DNA of 64,000 nucleotides from Lama glama (lineage: Eukaryota). Below are positions 25,980-38,426 of the stretch, piece by piece; position 1 is the first letter of the stretch, and each line of letters begins with the position of its first letter. A program made the position numbers and the translations under genes. The notes beneath the pieces were generated by a model. The model was given only the letters and a program-made list of their open reading frames with translations. It was not told the origin of the DNA and did no database searches. Where the stretch lies: positions 45,386,001-45,450,000 of the forward strand of contig CM052818.1 of NCBI GenBank assembly GCA_028534125.1, read 5' to 3'.

Positions 25980-27221
25980 TGTGCAGGGTTCTCTGACATC
26001 ACTATTGACCCCAGTCATGTCATTTTTCCACACCAATAACTAATTCTCCAATACTTTGATGCCAACTGGGTGACCAACAATCTGATTCCAACACTATCTA
26101 CCTGGCGTTAACATCAGGCCCCACAAGTTGAAGGCTCAGTCCTATGTGATGTCCCCAGTTCAGATGCCAGCCACACACGGGGTCCCCAGGTAAGCCACGA
26201 TTGGCCCCGCTGTCTACAAATTCAGGTGTTCCCACAGCACTCCCCTGGCCCTGACCCATGTTTGATAATTCACTAGAATGTGCTTTACTTATGGTCACAG
26301 TTCCGTTTTTTGCAATTTTATTAGGCAGAATTATTACAGTTTGACTGCACGTATACAATATATTGCATGTAAATACATACATACAGTATACTGCACATTT
26401 TTTTTAGTTTACATACATGTACTGATCATTATTTTTAAGAACAGTTTAGAGCTTTAGCTTTTTAAACTTACATAGTTATCAAAGGAATAAAGCCAGCCAC
26501 AAAAAAGGAACCAACAGAATGCAGTAATCCAATCATAAAGGACAGTCAAATGTACTTACTACACAAATTCAAGAAATCCATCATCTGAGTTATAAATAAG
26601 TTGTTCATTTGTGTCCTTTTGTTTTGTTTTGTTTTTAGATTCCACGTATAAGTGGTATCATAAAACTTTTTTCTTTTTCTTTCCGGCCAACTTCACTTAG
26701 AATGACAATCTCCAGGTCCATCCATGTTGCTGCGAATGGCATTCTTTTATTCTTTTTTATAGCTGAATAGTATTCCATTGTCACAGTTTATTATAACGGT
26801 ACAAATGAACAGCACAGGACCGGGCCTAGAAGGGCCCGAGGCATAGGAGCCTTGTCCCCATGGAACTGAGGTTCACCACCCTCTGGCAGGCTCTGGCAGG
26901 TGGGTGTGTTCACCAAACCCTGTCAGTTAGGGGGTTTTGATGGCAGGTCCATTACACAGACAGATTGATTAGATAACTGGCCGTCGGTGATTGAACTCAA
27001 CCTCCAGCCCTCTCCCCTCCCTGGAAATCAGTCCCGACTCTATAACCAGGGCTTGGTCTTTCTGATGGCCAGCCCACTTCCTGAAATTATCAAGCCCACT
27101 CCTCAAGAGTCATCTCAGTGTACAGACGACACTCTTAGCACACAGGAAGTTCCAAGGGTTTTAGGAGCTCCATGCCGGGAACTGGGACGGACCCAAATCT
27201 TAATTTTTCTTTAATCCCATG
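25980..27221 (-). mobile_element. MER21-like (ERVL class) solo LTR, interrupted at 26303-26779
   Basis: ccccacaagttgaaggctcagtcc, gataattcactagaatg, ggtgattgaactcaacctccagcccctctcccctccctgga; 5-bp TSD TCTAT at 25975-25979 and 27222-27226. Confidence 0.85.
26303..26779 (-). pseudogene. Chimeric retro-insertion: L1 3'UTR fragment fused to an unidentified mRNA-3'-end-like sequence
   Basis: TSD gtcacagtt at 26294-26302 and 26780-26788. 26593-26779 is L1. 26306-26592 is non-L1 and ends on the minus strand in AATAAA-attgc-A6. Confidence 0.65.
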
Positions 27222-27756
27222 TCTATTGTTCCCTTGGGCTTGTGTATTAGGATTGTTTTCAGTCTTAGGTTTTTCAGGTTTTTTGTTTTGTTTTGTTTTG
27301 CTGGAATATTTCAAAACCACTTCTCCATTTTACTACAGTTACTTTACTTAATATCAGATGATGTAATCCAAAAACCCACAATGAATCCCTTGGGTACCAA
27401 TGATCTGCAAATGTGTCACGATGCTAAAAAGGGACAAAATGTGGGCGAGAGTGCTTTGTGTGTTGTGTGCAGGACAACCTTCTGACATACACGCCACGTG
27501 GGACCAGTGTCAATTTGAGTAATAAATATTTGTAAATCTTACTTTCTTCAGATGACCGAGTCAGTGAAGACTCTCAAGGTTGGGTGAGTCATTCACCCAT
27601 TCATCCCACAAGCATGTGCTAGGAGCCTCTTGGGTTCCAGATGCTGGGGCAGGGCTGAAGCCACAAGGTCAAACGGCACAGTCTTTGCCTTTGAGAGGTG
27701 CACGGCATGGCCGTCAGTCCAGAAGAACAAACAGTTTCATGGTCGGGTGTAAGTAT

Positions 27757-28237
27757 CATTGACTGAAAAAAAGTTGCACAGTTTAAAGTTGAGAATTATG
27801 GTTTATTTGGCCGAACTTTTCAGGACTTGAAGACCAGGAGGCAGCCTCTCATATAGCTCTGAGGGACTGCTCAGAAGAAGTAGGGAAGAAGCCAGGCTAT
27901 ATAGGAGGTCAGGTATTCAGAACATTAAAAGATTACTGTTAATTACAGAAAACCAGATATCTCAAGTTAAGGAATTTAGTGTTTCTATGTGTATGGGAAA
28001 ATGCAAGAGTCTGGGCTCATTGAAACCATTCCTTCATTATGCCCCTTAGCTATCTAGGGCCAGTACCCTGTTCTTTCCCATCCTGAGTCCCCTCAGGGGG
28101 CCCCACTGGGGGTGGCTGTAGTGGCTGAGGGCTTGGCAGCTGGCAGCCTGATGGTCTCCATCCTGAGCAGCTGTAGTGTCCTGATGGCAGCAACATCCTT
28201 CATTTACTGATACGGCAGGCAGCATTTTTCATCCACA
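27757..28237 (-). mobile_element. ERV1-class solo LTR (MER41-like)
   Basis: aaagttgagaattatggtttatttgg, gaaaaccagatatctcaagttaaggaatttag, atgcaagagtctgggctcattgaaa, ends catccaca; direct repeat gtat(cat) on both sides (27753, 28238). Confidence 0.8.
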
Positions 28238-28249
28238 GTATCATGGTCA

Positions 28250-28680
28250 GCGCTGGGACCGGTAAAGGGGGCACCCACATCAGTCATGAGTCATAGGAAA
28301 AGAGTCAAAGATAAACTTCCAGGAGGAGGTGACGTTTCTGGCTGAGTCTTGAAGGTTAAAACTATGACCTAAATCATGACAATAAAGTTCAGGAAATTAC
28401 AAGGAATGCAGTGAGGCCAGAGGTAAATTTCCTGAGGCTGAATTGGTCAGAAGAGATGTTGGCAAGAACGATGGGCCAAGGAGTTTTGATCTTATCCAGA
28501 TGGAAACAGAGGCCAATGGAGGGCTGAAGGAGGGATGGTCAGGTAATGTTCGAGTTTTAAGAAGATCTTTCTGGCAGCAGGTTGGAAGATGCTACAGAGA
28601 GAAGGAGAGACAGGAGACAGGGAGTCACCTCAAGGGATGCTGTAATTGCGGAATGGTGTGGAGGAGATGTGGCTCCGGGA
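28250..28680 (-). mobile_element. L2 fragment (probably continues at ~27590-27720, split by the LTR)
   Basis: cttccaggaggaggtgacgtttctggctgagtcttgaagg, ccaaggagttttgatcttatcc, ttttaagaagatctttctggcagcag. Confidence 0.6.
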
Positions 28681-28689
28681 AGGGGAGCT

Positions 28690-29380
28690 CTGGGGTCAGC
28701 AAAACTCAACGTTAAAGGCTCTGTCCTCCATGAGACAGACCTCATTTTAGAGCCACTGCAAGCTCAGACCAGCTGGCTATAAATCCGGGGATTCCCACAG
28801 ACTCCCTCAGGTCTGATAATTCCCTAGAACTACTCACAGAACCCAGGAAAGTGCTAGACTCAATGGTTACAGTTTTATTGCAGCAAGGTAAGAATTAGAA
28901 CTGCCCAAAGAAAGAGGCTTGTAGCGTGCGGTCAGGAGGGTTCTGAGCCTGCCTAGAGCTTCCATTTTCTGCAGGGTCGTGGCGTTCCTCCCGCGGTGAA
29001 GTGTGACAGTTGTCAAAGACGACTGCCAGCTAGGGATGTTCATCCGAGCTTTGGGGTCCAGCATCCTGGGTGGATTCCACTACAAAGGCACGACTGATTG
29101 ACTCATGGGCCACGTGGTTGACCTCAGTCTCCAGTGCCTCCTCCCAACCCCAGGTTGAGTCTTAATATCTCGTGGCTCCAAGCCCCAAGCCCCCAGTCAC
29201 ATGGTTGGTCCTTCTGGTGTGACCACCCCTGTCCTGAGCTATCAGTCAGCACTGACCCTCAGGTGTGGTCTGAGGGGCCCACTGTGAGTAACAAGACCCC
29301 CCATCACGTGGGAAATCCCACGGGTTTAGACGCTCTTCCTGGGAGCAGGCACGGGCCAGTCGGAATCTGTATGACCCAGA
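28690..29380 (-). mobile_element. MER21-like LTR
   Basis: ctggctataaatccggggattcccacagactccctcaggtctgataattccctagaactactcacagaacccaggaaag. Confidence 0.75.
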
Positions 29381-30749
29381 ACCCTGTGGGGATGTGTGGA
29401 TTACAGGGCCTGAAGATGGAACATGCTGGAAAGGGAGGGTTTCGGAGTAATGGTTGGAGGGGCTGTCACTGGGGAGAGACAGGGAGGGGCTGAAGGAGCA
29501 GAATCTGTTTTTCTTAACCCATCATTGGCTATGGGGCAGTGTCTCTGAGCCAGCCTTGCCCAGCATGGCCCTGCGGTGCTGCGGGGAGGTGGGGGCTACA
29601 GAGTGGGAGAGAGTTCTGAACCCTGTCCTCGGGATAAGCCCCCACTCTCCTCCTCTGAGGCCTCCAGGCCTGGGGTGGCTGTGGGACTTTCTGTGCCAGA
29701 AGAGCCCTGGACGAACCAGGACAGCTGGGCTCCCGAATCAGCACCGACTTCCTCCTGAGAAATGAAGAAACGAGGCCACACGCGTTCTAGAAATCACCGT
29801 CCCCCAGCTCCAGTGTGCCTGCGTGGCCTCTGTGCTCCAGCCATGCTGCTGGAGCTAGAATATCCTTCACCAGGGCAAGAAATAAAGGTTTTCCAGACAC
29901 AAGGTCAAAGCAAAAAGTCAAAAGAATATTAGGTTCCAAGGCAAGCAGTTTCTGGACAAGCAGGCTCGATCGTTTCCGCCTCTCAAGGTTGTGATAGGAA
30001 AAGCCCTTTCTTTTCTTTCTGGACCACCCATCACAACAGAACTAAGTGAACAGCAGAAAGCAGGAGGCAGCCAGCGTGGCTTGGCTAACGAGCCATTGCT
30101 GGGGCTTGACTGGGGAGCTGAGGGGAGCGCGGCTCGGTCTTTCATAGCCGGGGAGCAGTCAGACAGGAGGCGCCTCTCTATCTAGGTCCCAGGACGGGGC
30201 GATGCCAAATCTGAAACGCCAGCCCGAGCAGCTGATGACAGGATTGGAGGGTGTGTTTGGAGGCCTGGCAACTGCAGCTCAGCTCAGCTAGGCCAGGGCC
30301 CAGTCTGGGAGCCCGCCAGCTTCCCACGTGGGGAAGAGCACGCTGGTGGGGGCCGGAGGGAGGAGGGGCTCAGGCCTTCTGCCCACGCCTGGGGTGGGTA
30401 GGTGGCTATGCACGTGCTCAGGGGCCCCACGTCATCACTCCCTCTGGGCGCTGGGTGTTGGTCTCTCCATCACTGGGTGGTTCATGGCCTTTGACTGAGG
30501 TTCAAGGTCCAGGAAGGCCATTGCAGGTCTTGGATCCAGGACCCAGTTCTCACATCCTTGTGTGTCTGTCCACTAGGTGTCCCACCTCCGGAGCCAAGCC
30601 CTTGCCCCTTTGAGCTCTGCAGCCGCCCTCCTCCCTCCAGCTCCCATGGGGTTGCTCTGAAGTCAGATCCTTCTTTTCTCCGCCAGGCACTCCAGGTATC
30701 TGAACGCGACTCCCTTCTGCGTGAGTCTTCATGTTCTCCACATTAACAC

Positions 30750-31425
30750 GCCTGGCTTCTGTGCTTCTGACCAATTGGCTATAACTTGGAGGTTCCCATG
30801 ATCCTCTCCCCTGGATGACTTTGCTAGAGTGGCTCACAGAACCCAGGAGATCAGTTTACTGGCTGCTCACCAGTGTATCATAAAGGGATGTGATCAAGGA
30901 TGCAGATGAGTATCCAGCTGGAAGAGGTGCCAGGGCCAGGAGTGTGGGAAGAGGCCGGTACTTCCCTGCCCGCTCCAAGCACACCACCCTCCCCACCCTG
31001 CCCTCCCCACCCCGGCTGTGTCCACCAACCCAGAAGCTCTCTGAACCCTGTCCTTTGGGGACATTTATGGAGTCATCCTGTTGACATGATTGATCATTAA
31101 CTCCATTTCTGGCCTCTCTCTCTTCTCCGGGGAATGGAGGGATGGGCTGAAAACTCCAAACTTCTAATCACAACGTGGTCTTTCTGGTGACCAGCCTCCA
31201 TCCAGGAGTCCTCCAAGAATCACCTCATTAGAAAAAAAACACACCTGCTATCACCCAGGAGATTCCAAGGGATCTAAGAACTCAGGTTAGGAACAGGATC
31301 AAAGACCAAATGTTAGAACAAAAGACTCCGCGTGCTCTTTCCACTAAGGGAATCAGAAGGGTCTCAGGAGCTCTGTGCCAGGAACCAAGACAGAGAACAG
31401 TATATGTATTTTCTACTATCTCACA
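30750..31425 (-). mobile_element. MER21-like LTR
   Basis: cttctgaccaattggctataacttggaggttcccatga...tgctagagtggctcacagaacccagg...ttctactatctcaca. Confidence 0.8.
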
Positions 31426-34400
31426 CCAGCACAAAAAATTAGGAGGCAGGCCCTCGTTCAGAAATTATTACAAATTTCAATATGGCAGGAACAGAGCGCT
31501 AAAGCAAGGCCCTGTATGACTGCAGGATCTCATGGCCCCCGTCCTGGTCACTCTCTTGTGGATACCCTCTGGCTTGTCTGTGTTCTGCTTAAAGGGTGGG
31601 GTCAGGCCCACGGCCAGGAGAAGGAGGCATCAGTTGAGGTGGGCATCGGACCCGGTCCCATTGTTGCAGCCTATGGTCAGAGCACAGACCACTGTCCTCT
31701 GAACCCCTGGAGGGCTGGTTTATTGTCCACTAAACCTCCCATCCTTTTTGCGAGGATGCTGGTCAGTCCATTGCCATTCCTTGGCGTGAACAAGTTCTTT
31801 CTGACTTTCTTGCCAGAGCAGAGCCTGAGCTCTCATCACCCGCTTGGAAGAGAAGCAGATGTGTTTGCTAGAACGCCACCCAGTTGCCCCAGACAGAGAT
31901 ACACCTGGGGACGTGGGTCTATTCAGAGGTCCTGCTGCATGCCTACGAGACCAGATGTACCAGCAGGGCTGCAGGGCCCAGGATGTTTGGGAAGGTGGTG
32001 TGGATGTTGGAACATACTCAGGTGGGCCTGGAGGGAGGGACAGACACGGGGACACTTGTCTGCAGGCCTGAAGCCTTGCTGGGCCCCCACGGGACTTGGA
32101 CTTTAGCCTCTGAATATGTTGCCGTCTGGCCTCCTGCCAGGCCCTTCTCTTTCTCCGGCCTTCCCTGGTTTTCCTTCTTAGTCCCAAGATCTACTTTCCC
32201 CATCAGCTTTCCGCAGCCCGAGGCATGAACCTGCCTCCGGGGGACTCCTTATCTCAGGATCTCCTGGTGGGTCAGAGCCCATGGCTCTGAGAGAGAGCCC
32301 CCAGGCAACATTGATGTGCCTGGAACAGCTGGGAGGTAGGGGACAGGGACAAGAAAGAGGGCCCTGGCCCCCACCACTGCTTCACTCCCAAAGCCCCAGT
32401 TTTGACTCTTAGCCTGCCGGTGATGAGTGCATTGGAAAAAAGTTTTCTGTGGCTTTACTATATGAGTCTGAGGACCCCTGAGGTGGTCCAGCCCCATCAC
32501 AGCACAGGTGAGGAGATGGGGGCCCCGAGGACAAGGGGTTTGCATGTGGTTCAGCTCCAGGCTGACCGGGTCCCTGACCCTGTGGTCAGGGCTCCCCTCT
32601 CTCCTGTGCTGTCTGACTCCTTCCAGTCTAGGAGCCAGACAATGACCTCCCTACCACACTTCTGGGCTCCCCCCTTACCTGGAGTCCCGGGGGCTGGACT
32701 CCTAGGACTCTGCTCACATGCCTTGCTTTACTCTTTCCTCCAAGCAAAGTGCCCCAGAAATAAATCTGAAGGTCATGCACCCCTGCACACGCAGCAGCTG
32801 AGAACACCACCCTGGGATCTTCTCTTCTGAATCCTTTAATCAAAGAAAGATCATCTTTTAAAATAAGCCAGCAGTTCCAGAGTTTTCTTACTTGCTTGTC
32901 TGGATTCTAATGTCACTAACTTAAAGCGCATCCCGCAGGCAATCATAGAAATAAGCCCTGGGGAGAGTTTTGTCTATTGAAAGTGTTTTCAACCTTAAGA
33001 GAAACCTCATTTTGTACAATACACAGCACAGTAAGTTTAACCAACTTTTTCGGTTGTTAAATGTAATGCTGCTGTGGACATCCACGTACGGGGTTTTGTG
33101 CAGACACGTACTTTCACTTCTCTGGGGTCCAGACTACGCGACAGCGCCCTGGACACTTCCCGGGCCCTGGCCCCACTTCCTTTGGGTCAGGTCAGTGTCC
33201 TTCCACCCATCACACTCTTTATGCACAACGAAAACTGAACATAAGTTTCTTTCTTACATAGAAGGAGTCAGTTTACTAATGGGGTCTCCATGGAGCTCCC
33301 TGGGCTATTCCCTGGCTCACTTATCAGCAAGCACCCTGGGGAGGGAGCCTGGGAGTCGAGGAGTGGGCCAGGCACTGCCTGGAAAGGCTCTGGCTGTGCT
33401 GTGTGGGCGAAGCTCCGAAGTTCTGTCTCCGGCAGGGACGCACTGCGCTGACCCTGCTCCCGCAGACCGATGATGGAAGCACTGTCAGGAATCGTTTCCT
33501 CTCCAGGCGCCCTGGCCAGGGGCAGTTCGCAGCCCCTTGAGAGACTCACCCTCACGCCCTCAGACCCCTGGAGTTGGTTCCTCCCCGGCGCCTGTGCGCC
33601 TCACCAGACTAGATTTGGATATTTCCGCATTAAGGCACCTTCCGCAAAAAAGCAAAGATTCCTGGGGCTGCAGCTATTCAGGGGAACTGACAGGTGGTGC
33701 CACCGGCAGCTCTAATGCAGATCTAACCCCCATCAGAAAAAGGCAGCAACCTTGTGCTAACGCTGCTCCCAGGCTGCTGGACCAGGGCGGGCGCTCACGT
33801 GCAGGTGTCATCCTCCAAGTTCAGCTTTTGCGATGGGCTGTATACGGAGTGTCCTGTCTGCTCTTGCTGTCACCCTCTGAGCTGGAGATCATGGTGCCAA
33901 TTCTAAGGACAAGGAGATGGATGCTCAGAGGGGGTGAGGGACTTTCTAAAGTCACACGATGATGGAGCCAAAAGCCAGGAGTTGAACCGAGTTCTATCTT
34001 GGACCAAAAAGAAAAAAGAATCCAGAGTCAGAGGAGATAGAAGTGCCTCGCGTGGCCCCAAATGCTGGGTTGGGCCCAAGTTCTGGCCTTTTTCTGTCTT
34101 GTTGGGAAAGATTTTTGGAGTAAGGAAGCTGGTCACCTCCTCATTGTCCCTATCGCCATTCCTTCCTTTGGAAGATGTTTTCATATCCACAATCGCATCA
34201 GGTCCCCATTATCTAGAGGGTGTCTGTTCCGTTTCTCAGGAACAGAAACAGACATCCCACAGCTGGCCAAAAGGAGATCAGGTGAGTTTGTGGAGCAGTA
34301 GGTGGAAAGGCTCAAATCCCTTGGAGGAATGTTACAAGCGTCACCCTCTGAACAGCTGCAAACCAAACCTTTAGGGACAGAAGTTCAAGAGAGGAATGGC

Positions 34401-37059
34401 CCCCCAGGGCCAAGTCAGGAGGTCTGGCAGCTGAGTCCCCAGCTGCCAGAGGAAGGCTCTCTGCCCATCCAGGGCCACATGCCACCAAGTGTGCTCCCGA
34501 GTGGCTCTGCAGAGGGAGTGTGAGTTTCAGGCTGTCTTCAGGGCTGAGGGATCCAGACCCAGCACCTCAACACCTCTCAGGTGGCTGGGGCCAGGCTAGG
34601 GGACTTTCCTTCGGGGGGCAGTCTGGGATGGCAGAGGGGATTCAGGGAGTGACCCCAGCAGGTAGGGCAGAATGGGGCAGCTCCAGACACTGGGCGGACC
34701 ACCAGGATTTTCTCCATGAAAATGGCAGTGGCCTGGCTGCCTGCAGCCACAAGTTAGGGGAGCTCTCCCCCTGTGCACCCCGGGAAGAGAGGCCACTGGT
34801 GATGAGTAGCTTGAAAACAGCCAGCCTGGTGGGGGCCTGGGCAGGCAGCAGGGACCCAGTGACCATCATGAGCTTGACATTCAGTAACTGTGGGTGCAGG
34901 GGGCCCCAGGATAGGTCTTAACACTGACCAGAGCAAGGGCCATAGAAAGTCGGCATCCAAAACATTCCAGCTAAAATGCAGCAACAGGACACTGCAAGGA
35001 GAGAAGCCCCAGAAATAAATCTCCCAAGGCTGACATTTAAGTGGAAGCATGTTTAGCAGCTCCTCCAGGGCGACAGGGTTTTTTGGTGGTTGTTTTTTTT
35101 TTTTCCTTTTTTAATTTTCTTTCATAGATATTCCAGTTCCTTTGTTTCCATCAAAAGGCCTGAGTACTTATGTGCCTCATCTTGCTCGGCTGCTTCTGGC
35201 TCGTTAGACAGAGCCCTGTGTCTCCAGGTGAACGCAGGGTTTCAAAGTGATTCCTGGCCCTGATTTGTCCCTGGTCCTTTCAGAGGCATCTCCCCAAACA
35301 CACTGTATTCTTAAAGCATCACGATTGTGGGTGATTTGGAATAAATCCTCACTGAGCCCCACTCCTCCTGCGGGTACAGTGGTGCCCATGACCATGGCTG
35401 CACACGGAGATCACCTCCTGGGAGTTTGAAGGGACAAACTGGTGCATGAACCCCACCTTGGGTCCTCGTCTGCTGCTGAGAGATCCCGACACAAGGTCCC
35501 GGCGAGAACCACACTTCCAGGGAACTGGGCTCACAGCACAAGGTGCCAACTGACCAGTCATGGGCAGGACGGCCCTTGGTTCTCACAGTTGTGTGACTTT
35601 GGTGAAGTTCCCGAGCTCTCTGGGCCTTGGGCTCCCCAGGTGTGAGTCGGGGAAGCAGCCTGTCTTCTGCGTCTCCAAGGACTGGGAGAACATCGTGTGA
35701 ATGAAGGACAGGCCAGCCGTGGGCCAGCACCCAAGAACTGCTATGCCTTCAAGGTGCAGGTGCGAGGGGGTGGGATGGGGGATTTGCATTTAATTGACCT
35801 TGGGAATGGGAGCAGGCCTGCACTGACTGGAGACACTGAGAACAAGGCATGATGCCCGCTGGCTCCGCCCTCCTGGGATTTCTTCATCCTTCTCAGAGGG
35901 TCTGCGGGGAGGAGGTGGGTGTTCTCTCCAGGGCTTCCGCAGGGAGCAAGTGTAGGCCTGGTGGGACGTGGTGGGAAGCAGGGAAGAGTGGCAGGTGTCG
36001 GTGGCAGAAAGTCCCACATTCGCTACCTGGAGGTCTCGCTTGGATGTGGAAAGAAAAGAAATGATGTTGTAGTAGTTAGAACGGAGGTCCTGGGGCCACG
36101 CTGCCCGCATGACTCCTCTCTGGGGGCTCCGAAGTCTCCAGTCAGACAAGCAGCCCCTTGTCCTTCTCCCAGCTGCCCGGGCCGCTCTTTCCTTCCTGTT
36201 TTCCAACAGCTCCCAAAGTGGTGGGTGGGGAGGGGGATGGGGGCACACAGAGAAGAACTGCAGGGGACGAGGGTCTGAGGCCTGCAAGGGAATTCACATC
36301 CTGTGTGCTCCCAGGGCTGGTAGCGCATCTGTGGACCCCTGAATCCTCACACTCTGCGTGGTTATCCTGGAGACAATGACCTTGGAGGGCGGGGTGGGGG
36401 GGGACAGTGACCAGGGCCTGTGCCTTCACAGGGGAAAGACAGAAGGTGAGGAGGACCCACAGGGGGAGGCCCGGCACCCACCCTCCAGCCTCCTTCCCCA
36501 GGTTTTTGCCTGCAAGTCCTCTTTCTTTCCACTAATGTCAGCTCCCAACCTCCTCCACGACCCCAGCTAGGAATGGGTCTGCTCCCCTGCCTGAGGCACA
36601 GGCACCTCCTGTGTTGTCCTGTCTGTGTCTGCATCTTTCCTCCCCTTTCCCTACTCCCCCCAGTGGACTGGAAAGGCAGAGCGAGGAGCATGAGGGGCAG
36701 CCACGTGCTGGGCCTTGGATCCTGAGGCTCAGGCGCTGGGCACATGGCTCACGTGGGCTGGTGCTACGCTCCGGGCCTATCTTATAAATGTGGGTGCCCA
36801 GTAAGGACGTGGAGGGTTTCCTCTAGAATCTCTATGTGTCTGTCCCAAGTGTGCTGCTCCTGGTGGTGGCATCAGGCCTGGCTCTCTGTCCCTCTCAGAA
36901 GCTCTAATCCTCGCATCCTTGGCTACCACGGGCTCTGAGGTTGGCAGTTAGGTACCCCGGCCAATGCAGTATTTTACAGCAGAAATAGCTGCGGGCAGTA
37001 GCCGCTCAAGAAGATAAGGACCCGAGGCTGGCCATCCTTACCATCAGGGTCGCCGGCAG

Positions 37060-37197
37060 CGGAGGCCCAGCTGGCATTCCAGGGCCCACAGTGGGGAAGC
37101 TGCCACTTCGGTTGCCTTGCTCACCGGGGGCGCAAGCCGCCGCGAGGCCTCTGGGGTAGACCATTTTTGAGGGGTGTGGGCTCCGTGGGGGCGGCTG
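37060..37197 (+). repeat. Copy 1 of a ~140-bp diverged direct repeat
   Basis: Shares cggaggccc, gcattccagggcccacagtggggaa, ttgctcac, gcaagcc.ccgcgag, ctctggggta.accatttt and gtgtgggc with 38427-38567. Confidence 0.9.
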
Positions 37198-38426
37198 CTC
37201 CTAATTACATGGAGTTTGATTAAAGAAGACAGGCTCAAGACACGCTAACAGAATCAGAGAGCTTATCTTTGTAGCCTCGGCTAATGTGACTCAAAACTAG
37301 AGAAGAATCTGATAACTCGGGGTGAATTCAGCGCCCTCCAGGCCTCTTCCGGAAAAGCTGCTCATTGATGGGAAAGCTCAGGAAGCGTGGGAATTTATGG
37401 GCACTCTGGGAATGTTGGCCTTGCTGGCTTTCCCAAGCCCCCAGAGCTCCCCTGCCACTCCCCTCTCGCTGATAAAGCGCAGACCGTCTGTCTTCCTCGC
37501 CCACCACCCTCGTTGTCTTCAGACCAATCACCCAGCAAGATGCAGGGAGAGCAACACAATCTTCTGAAAACAGGGCATGTGACCTCCACTACCAAAAAAA
37601 ATGTCAACCTATTTTGTCAAAAACTTGGGGAACGTATGTAAGAATGGATTTGAGAATATTAGGGAAGAAAGAAATGGAATTTAAGACAAGGCTGATTTTA
37701 TTAATATAGCGGCACTTAGCAAAATTCTGGAGTCCCTGGGCCAGCCCGGGAGCTGGGGGCGGTGCTGTTGGCTCGGTCTTGACTGGAACCTGGCTCCAAG
37801 GTTGGCCTAAGAGAAGGGAGCGAAGCTTTCAGACATTCCTCGCAGCACTGCGGAACAAGGAATCCAAACACTTCCGGAGAATAAATGGTGGGCAGGTTGT
37901 CCTGTGTGGCCCCACCAGTTCTCTGATTTCAAAGGGAATGATGGGGTCCTGAGTGGCAGACGGCCCTCAGGGAGCAGCATCCAACTCCTGGCCAGGTGGC
38001 GTGTTCCCAGAACCTAGGTAGTGGCCGGAGGAGCCGGCTGCAGGGGGCTTTAGGCAGAGGCTAACCCACCACGGGATGCCTGGCCCTAAATAGGTGAGCA
38101 GACACCGAAGCCCTCGTTGGTCTATGGGACTGAAGGCACGTCGAGCCTGACAGGCGGAGGCCTGGGCTGGGCCACCAAGGTGCAGGGTCACAGCGCTTCA
38201 CCCGCCCCCCAGCTCAGAGCCCCTGGAATGGCAGGGAGGACGTGCTCTCAGATAACACTACAGGTAAGACCTGCCTAACGTCTCCCCAGGGGCCACGGCC
38301 ATTAACAGGGGCTTGTGGAGTGCGCAAGAGCACCCGAGACCCTGCGGGGTTACCCGACGCTGGTTCCGAGCGCTAATGACTGAGGACCAGTTACAGGGTC
38401 TGATGACTGTGGCCCACCAGTGACCA

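Larger units (their letters stand above)
24180..27590 (-). mobile_element. Decayed hAT/Charlie (Buster-type) DNA transposon with transposase remnants, interrupted by nested insertions
   Basis: Minus-strand translations give an N-terminal MEKWF*NIPAK from ATG at ~27328, a BED-finger-like end HLKTQYPE (~25620-25645), and KYIPLSANTVGKCLGDMSE plus FAIQLEKTTDI (~25300-25430), matching the Charlie/ZBED5-type IPLSNNTV..RI.DM / FALQLDESTD motifs. C-terminal remnants lie at ~24200-24420. There are many stops and frameshifts. Confidence 0.8.

Noticed and set aside
31375..32106. 243-aa ORF
   Set aside because: It begins in a MER21 LTR and shows no homology or exon structure.
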